Position numbers and translations under genes: made by a program. Shown in pieces: positions 36,772 through 49,886 of a DNA stretch of 64,000 nt. Where the stretch lies: positions 91,669 through 155,668 of the forward strand of contig FLMG01003917.1 in the NCBI GenBank assembly GCA_900088475.1, given 5' to 3'. Origin of the DNA: Hyphochytrium catenoides. Its lineage: Eukaryota; Protista; Hyphochytriomycota. Under the pieces are notes generated by a model. That model was not told the DNA's origin, searched no databases, and worked only from the letters and a program-made list of their open reading frames with translations. Every line of letters starts with the position of its first letter. The first letter of the stretch is position 1.

Positions 36772-37140
36772 TATGAGGCCACGAGGGTCATTAGGAAGGA
36801 GGAAGAGCGATTGTTGAATGAAAGATATATAGAGAAGCAAGAAAACGAGAGAGCGCAGGTGATGAGCGATACTGATGGGGAGGGAGTTCATGCTATCGAC
36901 GGGACAAGGCCTTCGGCTCTTCCGCAAAAGGGCAAAGAAGACAGGGGAACAGATGCGGGAGGAGAAGCAGCAGAGAAAGGCAAAAGTGAGGGCTTGAGGA
37001 GGATCCCTATCATTGCGATCACCGCCAACGCTGTCCGTGGGGATGAGGAGCAATGTCTCGCCTGCGGGATGGATGACTACATCGCAAAGCCCATAACACT
37101 GCTGAAGCTCGCCAAGCTGCTTCAGAAGTATCTGCCGTAG
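32171..37140 (+). CDS. Hybrid sensor histidine kinase: five PAS domains (first degenerate), HisKA, HATPase_c and receiver; 2 exons
   Basis: A single intron 34496-34773 joins the two ORFs in phase (RELE|VMFG). H-box FLANMSHEIRTPLNGIIG, N-box NLMGNAIKFT, G1 DTGIGI, G2 GGTGLGLSI, REC ILVAEDN...LMDCQMPVMDG...TANA...KP. The start codon is uncertain (frame open from 32072). Confidence 0.93.
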
Positions 37141-37568
37141 CCGTGGTTGACAGAGGAAGATCGTGATTGGAAGGATGTAGAGAACTGAGGAGGAGAGAGA
37201 CAGTGCTTTCAATCTCTCCTCTTTCTGAGGAGTCGATCTTTAGCTCGCCAGGTTTTGTTGCTGTCGCTCTGCCCCTCTTTCTCTCAGTCTCTCTCTTTTT
37301 TCTGGTGACTTAAGTGTCTCGTCTTGGCCTTCTTGTCTCTCATGCGCGCTGCCCATCCGCCACACGGGCTCCTCTCTGGAAAGTCGTTTAGTCTTGTTCT
37401 TCGATGTGACGCTTTGCTTTTTGTTTGCCGTCCATGCGTGTCTGATGCTTCTATTTATTAATGTATTGCCGCTAGTTTATAAGAAGAATCCTTCATCAGT
37501 GCATGTGTGACTCTACTGTTCTGTCCACCTCTCTCAGGGCTCTCACTCTCTTTCCCTGTTATTTGGCT

Positions 37569-37996
37569 TTCTCTCTCTCTCTCTCTCTCTTGCTCTCGCT
37601 TCTCATGCTCTCTTCTTCTTGCGTGCTTTCTGTATCACTGTCTCTCTCTTTCTCTCTTTCATTTGTTCTTTCTCTCTTCTCACACTTCGCCCTGTTTTCA
37701 GGCTGTGGCCCTCTGGCATCTTACCTAGAGAGGTTGTCCTCTCGTTCTTGATAGGATCACCCTACTTTCAGCCCTGGTAGAAGGTCTCTCACGCTTCTTC
37801 AGCACTCTCTTTCCCTCTCATCCCCGGCAACTGGTTTTTCTCTTATTACAAGTGTCTCTCTCTCTCTCCTTCTCCCTCTTCCTTTATCCCTTAGCTCTCT
37901 GGTGCTCTCCGCGGGGCCTTATTACATAAGTTCTACATCGCCGGCCAATGTTGCTCTTATTATAGGGCTCTCTTTCTTCCCTCTCTCTTTCTTCTT

Positions 37997-38030
<34 letters not shown>
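37569..38030 (+). repeat. CT-rich low-complexity region with (CT)n and (CTAT)n runs
   Basis: Directly visible. Confidence 0.8.
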
Positions 38031-38479
38031 CGTGCTTCCTCCACTCTTCTCCTCTTGAGCAGACGCCAGCACCGTTTTCATTGCCACCCAGTTGCCCGGA
38101 GCAAGCCCTGCAAAGAGACTGTAGCTGTCATCTAACGATTTGACTAAGCGATGAGGAGAAGAAGAAGAGACGTGCAAGGAACGCCTCAGGCAGAGGATCC
38201 TGTGTGAATCAGTACTGTCGTCTGCCTCAAGGCGAGGGCTTGATTGCACACTGCTCCTTCTCCTCTCTCTCTCTCTCTTCTAACACACAGAGGCCCAGGT
38301 AAGACTGAACGACAGAACAGGATGACAAGCAGGAGGAGGAGAAGGAAGGGCGGTGGGCGCAAGGAGAGGATGAGGAATGAGATCTCGTGAGTCGTGAGAG
38401 GCGATGATGGAGGCATTATTATCCCTGCAGTGGAAGAGAAAGAGAGAGAGATGCCCTTATTAGTCCCTCGAGAAGGATG

Positions 38480-38514
38480 CGAGAGAGTGAGAGAAAGTGA
38501 GACAGCAAGAGAGA

Positions 38515-38548
<34 letters not shown>

Positions 38549-38665
38549 CAGAGAGACAGAGACAGAGAGAAAGAGGGACAGAGAGAGACAGACAGAGAGA
38601 CACCGAGAGAGACAGATAGAGAGAGACAGACAGAGAGAGACAGACAGAGAGAGAGAGAGAGAGAA
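38480..38665 (+). repeat. (GA)n / (GAGACA)n compound microsatellite
   Basis: Directly visible. Confidence 0.95.
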
Positions 38666-39299
38666 AGTGTGAGTGAAGAGAGTACTGTCCGTCCTTCAGC
38701 AATCTCAGAGCTTCCCCAGGACTGGTTACTTCAAGTAACGCGTATGTTGGGAGCTGTGGGTGGCGGAGCAGAGGCCATTAACGTATTACTACGGCGATAA
38801 GAATCCCGCAATAATAGCTTTAGGCTAGGTATCTATGGTGAGCTGGTAATAATAGGGCTTCGGGAAGAGATAGGCACGTTCGCAAGACCAGCAATATAAG
38901 ACAGAATAAGTAAGAGACAACCAAAAGGCTATCTATAAAGGTAGGATAGTGAGAGACAGAGTGAACACAGAGACAGAGAAAGAAAGTGTTAGGCGGGAAA
39001 CAATTGCGGGTTCGAGACAGAGTTCCACGAGAGGAACGCATCACAGGGAAGGAGGTATGAAGGAAAGGGGTAAGAGACGGATGATGAGACAGAGTGAGAG
39101 ACAGGCAGACGCGAAGCAGAGCCAAGACACGACGACGTCTCAAGCTTCGTCTGTCCTTTCTTGAGCTCTCAGCTCATTCTGAAGATCTCCGCAGCTCGAC
39201 AGACAGATCTCTCTCAGTCTCCGGACAGATAGAGAAGAGAGAACTGAAGATCAAGACAGGAGAGGCAGACAGAAAGATCTTTCATCGTATTAGTCCACA

Positions 39300-42200
39300 A
39301 TGGCTCACATCCTTAGCGCCGTCTCTGGGTCCGCGGTAGACAAGGTGAAGATCACGCGGGCTCTGCTCTCTGTGTCGGACAAGAGCGGCCTCGTAGACTT
39401 CGCTAAGTTCCTGGCGGAGAATGGTGTGCAGCTTCTATCGACTGGCGGTACGGCTAAGGCGATCAGAGATGCAGGCATCCCGGTAAGGACGGGCAATACT
39501 TAGATGGGAAGAAAGAGAAGAGAGTTCGCACGTAGGCTCTTAGTGGAAAGGCATCACAGAGATAGCTACCCACAGCAAGCGGGAGGAGAGAGAGCTTTCG
39601 AAAGGGTAGTGCTGAGGATGAGCTGAGGCTTTCTTTGCCACCCTCTACAGGTGACCGACGTCAAGGACTACACCGGCTGCCCTGAGATGATGGACGGCAG
39701 GGTGAAGACCTTGCACCCAAAGGTGAGCAAACGGAGAAGAGAAGTTAGAAGAAAAGAGTTAGCGTTGACTTTCTTTCCCTGGAGGTCCGCTGCCGTAGTC
39801 TGTATCTCACTCAATAAAGCCTTGTTTCATTTCTCGCCACTCTCTCGCTCGCTCTCTTTCGCTCTCTGTTGCCCTATCCCATCCTAATCTCGTCAACCCT
39901 TAACGTGGTCGAACTCGCAACTTTCTTCTAACCGCCCGGGCCTATTAGTCTGTCCTTGAGTCCTCTGTGTTTCGTCGGATATCTCTCAGATTGGAGTGTC
40001 TTGTATGTCCTAGCTGCCCACTGACTGCATGATCTGGCCTATCTTGTATGCTCTCCCTCTCTTTCTCTCTCTCTTTCTCTCTCTGTTCCCGCCTCCTGCA
40101 GATCCACGGCGGCCTCCTCGGTGTGCGGGGTAACAAGCAGCACGAGGAAGACATGAAGCAGAATGGCATTCAGAACATTGACCTCGTGGTTCTCAACCTC
40201 TACCCATTCGAACAGACAGTTGCCAAGGTGAGAGCACTAGCTTCAGTCGATTTTTCTCTCTCTCTCCTCTCCGCCACACCCAGCTGCTGCTTTCTTTCTC
40301 CTCTCCTTTCTCCCATTCTCTCTGGCTTTCTCTCTCCCGGGGTTCCTTCTTCTGAACCTCCGCTCTGTCTTCTGTTTTCCTTGCATCCTCGCTCATTGCT
40401 TGGTTGATGTCTCTCTTATGACTTAGACTCTTCGTCTGTCTCTCTCTTCCCCTCGCCCCCTTTCTCCTGTCTGTGTACTAACCCATGGTGTTTGCTTGCC
40501 GGCCTCTTTGGTTCGCCCTTCTCTGCGCAGGGCGCTGACTTCGACACTTGCGTCGAGAACATTGACATCGGCGGGCCATCAATGCTTCGCTCATCGGCTA
40601 AGAACCATCGCTCTGTAAGAGACAAGCCTTTTCTGTTCCCCTTTATATGAAGCAAAGACTGCCCATTGGCTGGGTCGTTCCCATGATTTCTCCCTTTTCT
40701 CTGTGTGGTGCTCGGGTTATCCTTCACTTCTTCCCGCCGCATGCCATCCTCGAGCCCAACGGTCACTTGCTCTCTCTCCTTCTGTCTTGTTAATGACCTC
40801 TCTCTTTGTGATTTGTTTAAGTTGCTTTGTATCCTTCTCAGGCATAATTGTTCTGTCTTCCCACTTGCTTGTGTGTCTCTGTAATCTCTGTCGCTGCTGC
40901 CCTCTCAGGTGGTCATCGCCACTCATCCGTCCCAGTATTCGGTGGTCATGGAAGAGATGAGGCATTCAGGGGGATGCACGAGCCACGCTCTGCGCAGGTG
41001 AAGGACAGTCCGTTGCCTCTCCTTGTAGTCTGCCTATCATGTTACTGAGACGCTTTTGATTTTCACCCTCATTCTCTTTCTTTCTTTTTCTCTCTCTCTC
41101 TCTCTATTGTGCCCCCATGCCTTATACTTACCCTTTCTCTTTCCTCGTAGGAAATTTGCCGCCGCGGCTTTCGCTCTCTCTGCCTCCTATGACTCTGCTA
41201 TTGCCAGCTGGATTAACTCCTCACTCGGCGAGGATGCTCCCGGTGCGTTAGACCTAGAGGGCTAGGGAATGCAGACTAGCTTGAGCTGCCACGTCTTCTC
41301 TGATGTTGCTATCACTTAACAGTAGCAGCCTCTTCTTCTCTCTCTCGACCCCTTCTCTTTTTTTACTAATCTCTCTCTCTCTCTCAGCTCTCTCTCTCTC
41401 TCTCCCTGTCGCTCTATCCCTCCGTTATTGATTGTACGTTCCTTACCAGTCGCTTACTCCTTCCAGTCGTCACGCGGGTGTACAAGCATCAGTTCCCGCT
41501 GAAGTATGGCTGCAATCCTCATCAGAAGCCCGCTGGCATCTACAGCATTGGAAGCCAATCTCTGCCCTTTGATGTGCTAAACGGTGAGAGCAACGCGGAA
41601 GAGAGAGCCCTTTACTTGTGCACAAAGAGAGAGAGAGAGAGAGATGGAACAAGAAATATAGAGTAAAGTACTGTCAGTCTCCTCCTCTTTTTCGTGCATC
41701 CAGCCATTCTCCTTAAGGTTACTGAGGGTGTTCCCTGGTTCCTACCTCTCTTCCTCCTCTCTCCCTCTCTCACACACACCCTTTCTTCCACATCTTTCTC
41801 TATTTCTTTCCATCTCTCTCTCTCTGTGACTCTCTGTCTCCCTCTTGAATAGGCACTCCTGGGTACATTAACTTGCTTGATGCTGTCAATTCCTACCAAT
41901 TGGTCGCTGAGGTAGGTGGAGAGGATGGTCCATGTCTGTCTTTCCCCTCCTTCTCTACTATCAACTTTCTTCTCCATTCTCCGACTCTGGCTCGCGATCA
42001 GCAGACCCGACTGATATGCTCTCGCTAATGTTTCCTTTACTTTGTTAGGTCAAAGAGGCTCTCAACGTTCCTGCAGCTGCCTCTTTCAAGCACGTCTCCC
42101 CAGCTGGAGCCGCCGTGGCTGTACCTCTGTCTGATACACTGCACAGTGCATATGAGGTAAGTAGCAAAAGGAACAGAGCACAAAGCGTGCGAATGATATC

Positions 42201-44175
42201 GAGAAAGAGGGAGAGAGAGAGAGACTTAACGAGCACCTATGGGAAGAGGCAGAAACAGCTAGAGGAAATAGAGGTAAAGGACACCGAGGCGCTTTCAATG
42301 GTGGAGGAGTTCAGGTCTTCTCCTCATGCTTTTCTCACCCAATCTTTCTCCTGCTCTCTCCTCTTGTGCCCAGGTCGGCTCTGTCGAGCTTACTCCTGCC
42401 TCTCTGGCGTACATTCGGGCCAGAAACGCTGATCCTCTTTGCAGCTTCGGAGACTTTGCTGCTCTTTCGGAAGTGGTTGACGAGGCGACTGCGCTTGCCC
42501 TCAAGAGAGAGGTTAGCGATGGAATCATTGCCCCAGGATACGAGCCTAAAGCCCTTGAGATATTGAAGCAGAAGAAGGGAGGTGAGTCAAACCCCACAAT
42601 TGACTGAGCCTAGAGATGAAAGGGAATGGGCAGCGAGAGAGAGAGAGAGGGAGGAGGAGAGAGAGAAACAGATGAATGGCTCTAGAGCTGCTCCTGACAG
42701 ACTTGTTCCCCTCCTGCCATACACTACCTTCCGTACCTTTGCTAAATATCTTGCTTACATGTCCTCTAGGCAAGTTCATTGTCTTGCAGGCCAAGGTGGG
42801 CTTCGCTCCTCCTTCGATGGAGTACAGAGAGGTGTATGGCCTCACCTTCGCCCAGAGGAGGAATGATGTGAAGATCAACGCGGAACACCTCCGCCAGGTG
42901 GTGACCAAGAGCAAGAACCTCACAGAAGAGGCTAAAAGAGACCTCATCCTCGCCTCTATCACCATCAAGTCAGTGTTAGAAGAGGGAGAGAGTCCTTCCT
43001 GTGGGAACATCACTGTCCCCTCTCCCGTGCTCTTGACACTTTTCTCGGGCTTCCTCTTTTTATGACTATAATGCTCTTGGCCCTCCTAGTGAGCTTGACC
43101 AATATGTGCTGTCCCTATGATCCCTGTTGGGCTGCTAACTCTCTTGTCCTCGCTGTCGCTCCCTCGTCCTCAACCACTCTTTCCCTCTCTTTCCCGCTGG
43201 GCACTGTGGTTCTTTGTCTCTCTCTGTTTAGGTATACACAGTCCAACTCCGTGGGCTACGCAAAGGACGGGCAGATGGTCGGTGTCGGAGCGGGCCAGCA
43301 GTCACGGGTTGACTGTGTGAAGTTAGCAGGGAGGAAAGTGGCAGTCTGGTACCTCAGGCAGCACCCGAAGGTGACAGATCAGAGCGTAGGAGAGAAGAGA
43401 GACGGTGTGCCCCTCTAACGCTCTTCGTCACCCTTCAGGTTCTTGGACTCAAGTTCAAGGCTGGCGTCAAGCGGCAAGACAAGGTGAACGCCCGCGTGAG
43501 ATACATTGAGGGAGACATGGACCAAAACGAGCGGAAGGTCTGGGAGCAGAACTTCGACGAGGTAAGAGATAAACCTGTTCTAGATGATCTTTGCATGGAG
43601 AGAGTCAATACAAGGGATAGATATAGAGGATTGTGCTGGGCGGAGCGACAATAAGAGAAATGTTGGGCTAGTAGAGCAATCTACAGGCGATACAGAGGAA
43701 GAACAAGGGGAAAGAGCTAGTAGACCTAGAGGGGACGGAGCTAATGCTCTCTTCTCTCTCTCTCTCTTTCTCTGTAGGTGCCAGAGCCTCTAACTCAAGA
43801 AGAGAAGGAGAGCTTCCTTAAGAGCCTGACCGATGTCAGCATCTCCTCTGACGCTTTCTTCCCATTCCGGGATTCCATTGACCAGTGCGCGCCTCTAGGA
43901 GTGAAGTATGTGGTTCAGCCAGGTACGGAAGTCAGAGACGAGAGACAGAGGGAAGTGGACAATGAGAGAGGCCCTGCTTGGTATTTTCTCCAGTGTCCTT
44001 CTCCCTGTCTGTCTTGTATGGAGCGGTGGTTCTCTTCTTTCTTGTTTCTCCTCTGACATATGTTCTCCCTTGGCGTCTTTCAGGTGGCAGTGTCCAGGAC
44101 GAGCAGGTCACTCAGGCTTGTGACGATTATGGCATGACCATGGCCTTTTCGGGAGTCCGGCTCTTCCACCACTAG
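39300..44175 (+). CDS. ATIC: Bifunctional AICAR transformylase/IMP cyclohydrolase (PurH/ADE16-17), about 15 exons
   Basis: [80 protein letters not shown] and terminal RLFHH*. Confidence 0.97.
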
Positions 44176-45948
44176 AGAAGGAGAGAGAGAGAGAGAAAAG
44201 AGAAAGAGGGGGAGAGAGAGGAGAGAGAATATGCACTGAAGAAGAGAAAGGGAAGCCCCATAATAGCGCATCAATTCTTGATATACAGAGGCGGATGCTC
44301 AAAGGTATGGCCCCGCCTAGAAGGGAATCGGGCACGTTGATCAAAGTAAAGCTGATCCTTATAAAAGGGAGAAGAAGTTGGAGACAGTTAGAAGGAGAAC
44401 AGATATCTTTTTCTGCATTCTCTCCTCTCTCTCTCTCTTTGGTCATAGCTTTTCTACTGCCCACTCCTTGCCCTCTAAAGGAAGAACATAAGATCTACAC
44501 ATTCTCTCTGCACACATCTCTCTCTACAGCTCGGCTGCCTGCCACCTGCAGAGAACGTTCACAGTACAGAGAAACGTTATCCTCTGAGCCTTACTAATTC
44601 TATGACGACACGTGAGGATGGAGAGAAACCCCTCGGGCTGCTATCTCTTTGCGCTCCAGCCAAGGCCGCATGCCATTGCTCCAGGGAGCTTCCGTGACTT
44701 AAATGGCGGTGGATGGTGACGCACACCAGTCATTGACGTCTAGAAAGCCAGTGAAAGAACAGAGTTAACAGGAGTTATAACTCTCACCGTCAGGAGGAAG
44801 AGCAGAGCGCTTATTACCAGCCTCCCCGGCCCCTGACACCCAGAGCATGGTCCTGACGGCCTGACAGATGGCTAGATAGTCGCTATCAGTTCACTTTGAA
44901 GTCTCTCTTACTTTTATCGAGTCTCCATGAGTAAGACATGTATGGCGAAGGCAACCCGATTGGCAACGCAAGCAGCACGCAGATCTGCCCTCCATCCCAG
45001 CAACCAAATGCAAGGTTTGCTACGGAATTGCTACAGCGCCTTACCAAGTCGGGGGTCATGTCTCCTAGAGGACAGCAGCATTTTCATACAGAAGCGTCTG
45101 AGCTTGCGAAGTAGAGTGACAAAGGGTGGACGTGCTAGACGAGTGGTCGGTGGCGCGCTTAGGAGAGACAGACATCGAAATGGCCCATTTGTCTCTATGT
45201 TAAGAGCGTCATCCAGTACTGTCTCTACTTTAAAAGCTCCACGTAGTTTCTGCCTCAGAAGTTTTCATCAGAAAGACTTCAGACACAGGCACTTTCAAGC
45301 GTCCTCTCGCTGCGATTGCTGAAGCATCCAGGTGACGGCGGCTAGGACTCAGAACGCATACTAGGAACAGTGGTAAAGCACAAGGACGCTCTCTATCCTC
45401 TCTCCACACAGTCCCTGTCTCAGCCAACAATCTCTCACAAGCCTCATCCTAGCCGATAGGCCTTGCAATCCCCCGATTTAGCCAATAGTCTGCACAGTCC
45501 CTGAGCCTACCGAGTGGCGTGCCTTGCCAGTCGGCAGATGGACCATCGCCTGTCTCTTGAGATGCTCTTACAAGGTGTGAGCTGTGAGCTCTGCAAAAGT
45601 TGTCATGTCACACAAGCCTCCACCCGGATCAAAGATATTTACGCTTTAAGTTGACGAGTTATGGAATTATCCTTATATTTGTTCTCGACCTGACCGATAA
45701 CCGTTGTTTTTCGAAAAATGTGTCTGCAAAGCTGCGGGACAGAGCTCTGAGAGAATCTGCAAAAATCTCTGTCAGGGGCTATACAGATCCGATAATTTAG
45801 AGCTTATAGAGAGCTTATAGTTGCCAATGGTGGGAGCTTGGCAATAGTTCCTGCCGTTCTATGGCCTCTTGATGTGCATCCCTAGCAGACCTTGAGTCCC
45901 TCTTGAACCCTGGCATTTGGTGGTGTATGGTCATCTGTCTTCTGAGTC

Positions 45949-48900
45949 ATGATTGAGGAGAAAGAGAACAGTCGCGAGCTTGCGAACCTCTCGCGAAGAG
46001 AGCAGCTTGAGCTCTGGCGGAAGTCCAGGTAGATATGAGATGACTCCGGTTCAGTTTCATGAGCCCACGCCCTACGTTACCCTCTTTCTCCCTGTGCTGC
46101 CATCTTCGTCTTGTCGCTTTGTCTGGCTCTCTGTCCTCTTTCTCTCGTCTGCCTCTCTGTGGATGGCTCTCCAATTGCCGCTAATCAGATGCGCTCTTTT
46201 GTCAGACAAGCGAAGGTAATCGGCGCAGACCCTACTCCTGATAACTGCTCTCGAAGAAAGAGTGCTGAGAGCACTAAGCCTGCCACAATTAGTAGCAGAA
46301 ATGAAGCCTCAGGGCGGACGAAGCGTAGCAGGAACTCCGATGAGCTTTCTTCTGCCTCGACCCGCTCTCTTTCCGCTAGGAGCCAGCTTCTCACCGCCAG
46401 CAGCACAGGCAATGGCACTGCACGTCATCGCCAGGCACAGACGTTGCAAGGCACTTCCACTTCGACTCAGTCGATAACCTCAGGCAGCAGAGCTCCAGCT
46501 TTGGCACCACGCCCTGCCTTGGCCAGTAAAGTCCCTGCACGTGAGAGCCCGCTGAGGAAGCTCCCGTCCGCTGCCTCAAGGTCCGTGGTTCATATAGTCC
46601 AAAGCCCTTAAGCAGCTTGCTTGCCTGTTCTTTGATGAGGAGCTTCGCTTACAAGGCACATCATAACGCGTTTGTGCCAGTCTCCTCTGCAGATAATCTT
46701 TCTATCCAAATCTCAGGCTCCACTCTCTCTCCACCTCTCTATTTCAATCAAGCACTCTTGTTCGTTGTCTCTCTCTCTCTCTCCTTCTTTTCAACTCCCT
46801 CTTCTCTCCATCTCTTCCTCTTACCTTGTCTCTCACGCCTAACTCGCTGGGTCAGCTACTCTTCTTCTCTCTGCCTGCCTCCCCGTTGGCACTCACACCT
46901 TTCTTCCCCCAACCTTCCATCTCATCTACCTCTCTCGCTATCAACCTGAACAGACGGAGATCAGCCATACGCGTGCCCATCTCTGACTTTGATCCCCCTG
47001 ACGAAGAAGAGGAAGAAACCCCAGAGCTTCCTCCTCCTCCCTCGCGAGTGGAGAGCTCTCTCGCGTTCCTCTCGCCTCCAAGGCCAAAAGCGAGAAGAAC
47101 AACACTGCTTGCGGCCTTACCTACCGAAGACCCTTCCTCTCCCCCTTCGTCTCCTCCTACAAATCAAATGAGAGGCACGCCAATCCGCATGGGTAAGGAC
47201 GGCAGCCCTTTTCTCTCACCTGTCTTTCTATTATTAGGAACCTGCCATTGTCTCCATACGGGTCTCTTTGTTTCTCCTTTTCTGGTTGTTTTCTCTCTGT
47301 TCCACACGCGATGGTGACAGCCGTTCCTTAGGCTCTGGGATCAAGGGAGGAGCGATGCGCGTTCCCACTCCTTCCAGGGGCCATCACACCGCGGTCACGG
47401 CCAGTCCTCTGCCGTCCCACACTCCCAGAAAGCTTGGCTATGGAACGCCTTCGTCTCTTGCTCGGTCCAGCGCCAGGAAAACAGGACACCTCTCTCTTCA
47501 ACGAGGTAAGACCACCAAGAGGACAAGAGAAGAGAGAAAGATCAAGGGAGAGTTTTGGAAGTAGAAGAAGAGGGGGATTTGACTCTAAGATATCCGACTT
47601 ACAATGCCGGCCAAGAGAGAGAGAGAGAGAGAGAGACAGAACGCTTGTTCCGCTTCTAAGGAGACCCTGCACTAGACGAGATGCCTGCCAAGAAACTCTT
47701 TGCAGCTTCTGGACCTTCGATCTCTTCTTCCTCTTCTCTCCCGCCGCCACAGAGACAGAAAGAAGATGTCTTTGTAGACGTCAAGGATCATGTGCTTTCT
47801 CTCGAGCCTCAGCCACAACCCTCAGTCAGGTAGGGCAGGAGAAAGGCCAAGAATCTCTTCTCCCCTCCTAAGCCTCTCCCAGTTTCTTTCTCTCGCTCAT
47901 ATCCGCGTTCCCCTCACTCCTATCTCCTTGTATGGCGGCTGTCTCCTTCGTCTTCTCCGGTATGTGAAGCCCTTTATCTGGCAAGGCGTGGGACGTCGCA
48001 GATTTTGAGATAGGAAAAGCACTAGGAAAGGGGAAGTTCGGCAATGTTTATCTTGCGAGGGAGAGGTCAAGCGGCTCCGTCATCGCACTGAAGGTACGAG
48101 AAAGTAAAGGCAGTGCGGCAAGCGGGAAGGAAGTGCTAGGGGTCAGAAGCAGTAGACCGATGGGAGCTGAAAGCATCCACATCGGGGCTTTTAGGAGAGT
48201 GAGGGCTTATATATTGAGGAAATATAGGACAGGGAAGGGAGGCTAGTGCGCTCCGCGAACGCTCTAGTCGCTCAGAAAATGCAGTCAGATCGTGAGAAGG
48301 ACAAGCACTAGGAAGTTAGACCTCAGGACCTGGCTTTTGAAGGAAACGTTTGACCGAGAAAGAGAGAAACTGAGCCTTCCTTTGTGACCAGGTGCTCTTC
48401 AAGGCTCAGCTTATTGAGGATCAGTTCGCTGCGCAACTAAGGAGAGAGGTGGAGATTCAGTCTAGACTCCACCATCCCAACATTTTAAAGCTCTACGGCT
48501 ACTTCCATGATCAGGTGTGAATGCTAGAAAATCATTTGGTTCAGTATGAAGGACTTAGGGCAAAGCCTGAGGACGCCACTAACGTGTTAGTTCCTTCTCT
48601 CTCTCTCTCTCTCTGTGTCCCACTATTCGGTTCCTCTCCACGTCTCGCTTTCCTTCTTTCCCTCTCTCCTGCCTTCGGTATCTTATTAACTACCTTCACA
48701 GAGCAAGGTCTACCTTCTCCTGGAGTTCGCTGCCAAGGGCGAGTTATATCGCGAGCTTCGGAAGCAGAAGAGATTTACAGAAGAACAGGCAAGAAGCTAG
48801 CGACCCAAATGCGTCCCTCGCCTAACAAGCGGACTCACCCTCTCTTCTCCTCGCCCTCCTCTCTCGTTTCTTTTCTCTCGCTGCCTGCTTCTGATGATTC

Positions 48901-49826
48901 ACACTGACCCTGTCTTTCTTTTGTCGTCTAGACCGTAAACTATATTTATCAGGTCGCTCAAGCACTTCAGTATCTTCATGGCTGTAACGTTATACACAGA
49001 GATATCAAGGTAAAGAGGACGGTCTACCTTACACCCAGTGGCCCTTACCATCTGGCCAATCTCAGTCTTACCCATTTCCGACTGTCTTCAGCTTGAGAAC
49101 CTCCTCTTGGGCAGGAAGGGAGAAGTGAAGTTAGCAGACTTCGGATGGTCGGTGCATGCTCCGAAACCCTTCAACCGTCGGGAAACCTTATGTGGTACGA
49201 GGACAGAACTATAAGAGGCAAAACGAAGAACAAGACATGACCTGTCTCGCTCTCTCCCCATCTGCGTTCTGTTTATAGGTACTCCTGACTATATGAGCCC
49301 AGAAATGCTGTCTGGAAGGGCCCACGACAAAGCCGTAGACGTCTGGAGTTTAGGGGTGAGAGGAACACCATTGCACAGTCTGATATAGGTTGTTACTATC
49401 CTCTTGACTATTCCTTGCTCACCTCACAGGTTCTATGCTATGAGTTCCTAGTGGGATCTTCCCCCTTCACTGGAGCGGTAAGAGAATATAATGCCCCTTG
49501 ACCACCTGCTCAGCTTACGCTAACTTTCTTCTACTGACTCTGTTCTCTCTCTCATCCCACCCTCTGTAGAGCGTAGAGGAAACTTACGATCGTATCATGG
49601 ACCTCGACATTCGGTACCGCTCCTATTCCCTTTTATATCTCGCGTTAGTTAGGATTTTTTGGGCCTCACTCTCTGCCCTGAATCCAGATATCCGGCTGAG
49701 CTTATGTCGAGGGAAGCTTTTGCCTTCATAATGGACCTCTTGAGGCCCAATCCTGCCGAGAGGCCGGACATTGACCAAGTCTTGGCCCATCCCTGGCTCC
49801 AAAGAAGAGCCAGCGCACCTCTCTGA
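45949..49826 (+). CDS. AURK: Aurora kinase with long disordered N-terminal extension (about 13 exons)
   Basis: [44 protein letters not shown]...[11 protein letters not shown]. The N-terminus MIEEKEN carries a KEN box. Stop TGA at 49824-49826. The start is inferred. Confidence 0.92.
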
Positions 49827-49886
49827 TCATTGGAGTTAGCAGGGAAGGAAGCAAAAAGAACTCCTCCTGCGATATAATCGTTGAAC

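Noticed and set aside
45240-45280. Hammerhead-like CTGATGA...GAAA core on the minus strand
   Set aside because: The bases between the two core motifs cannot form stem II.
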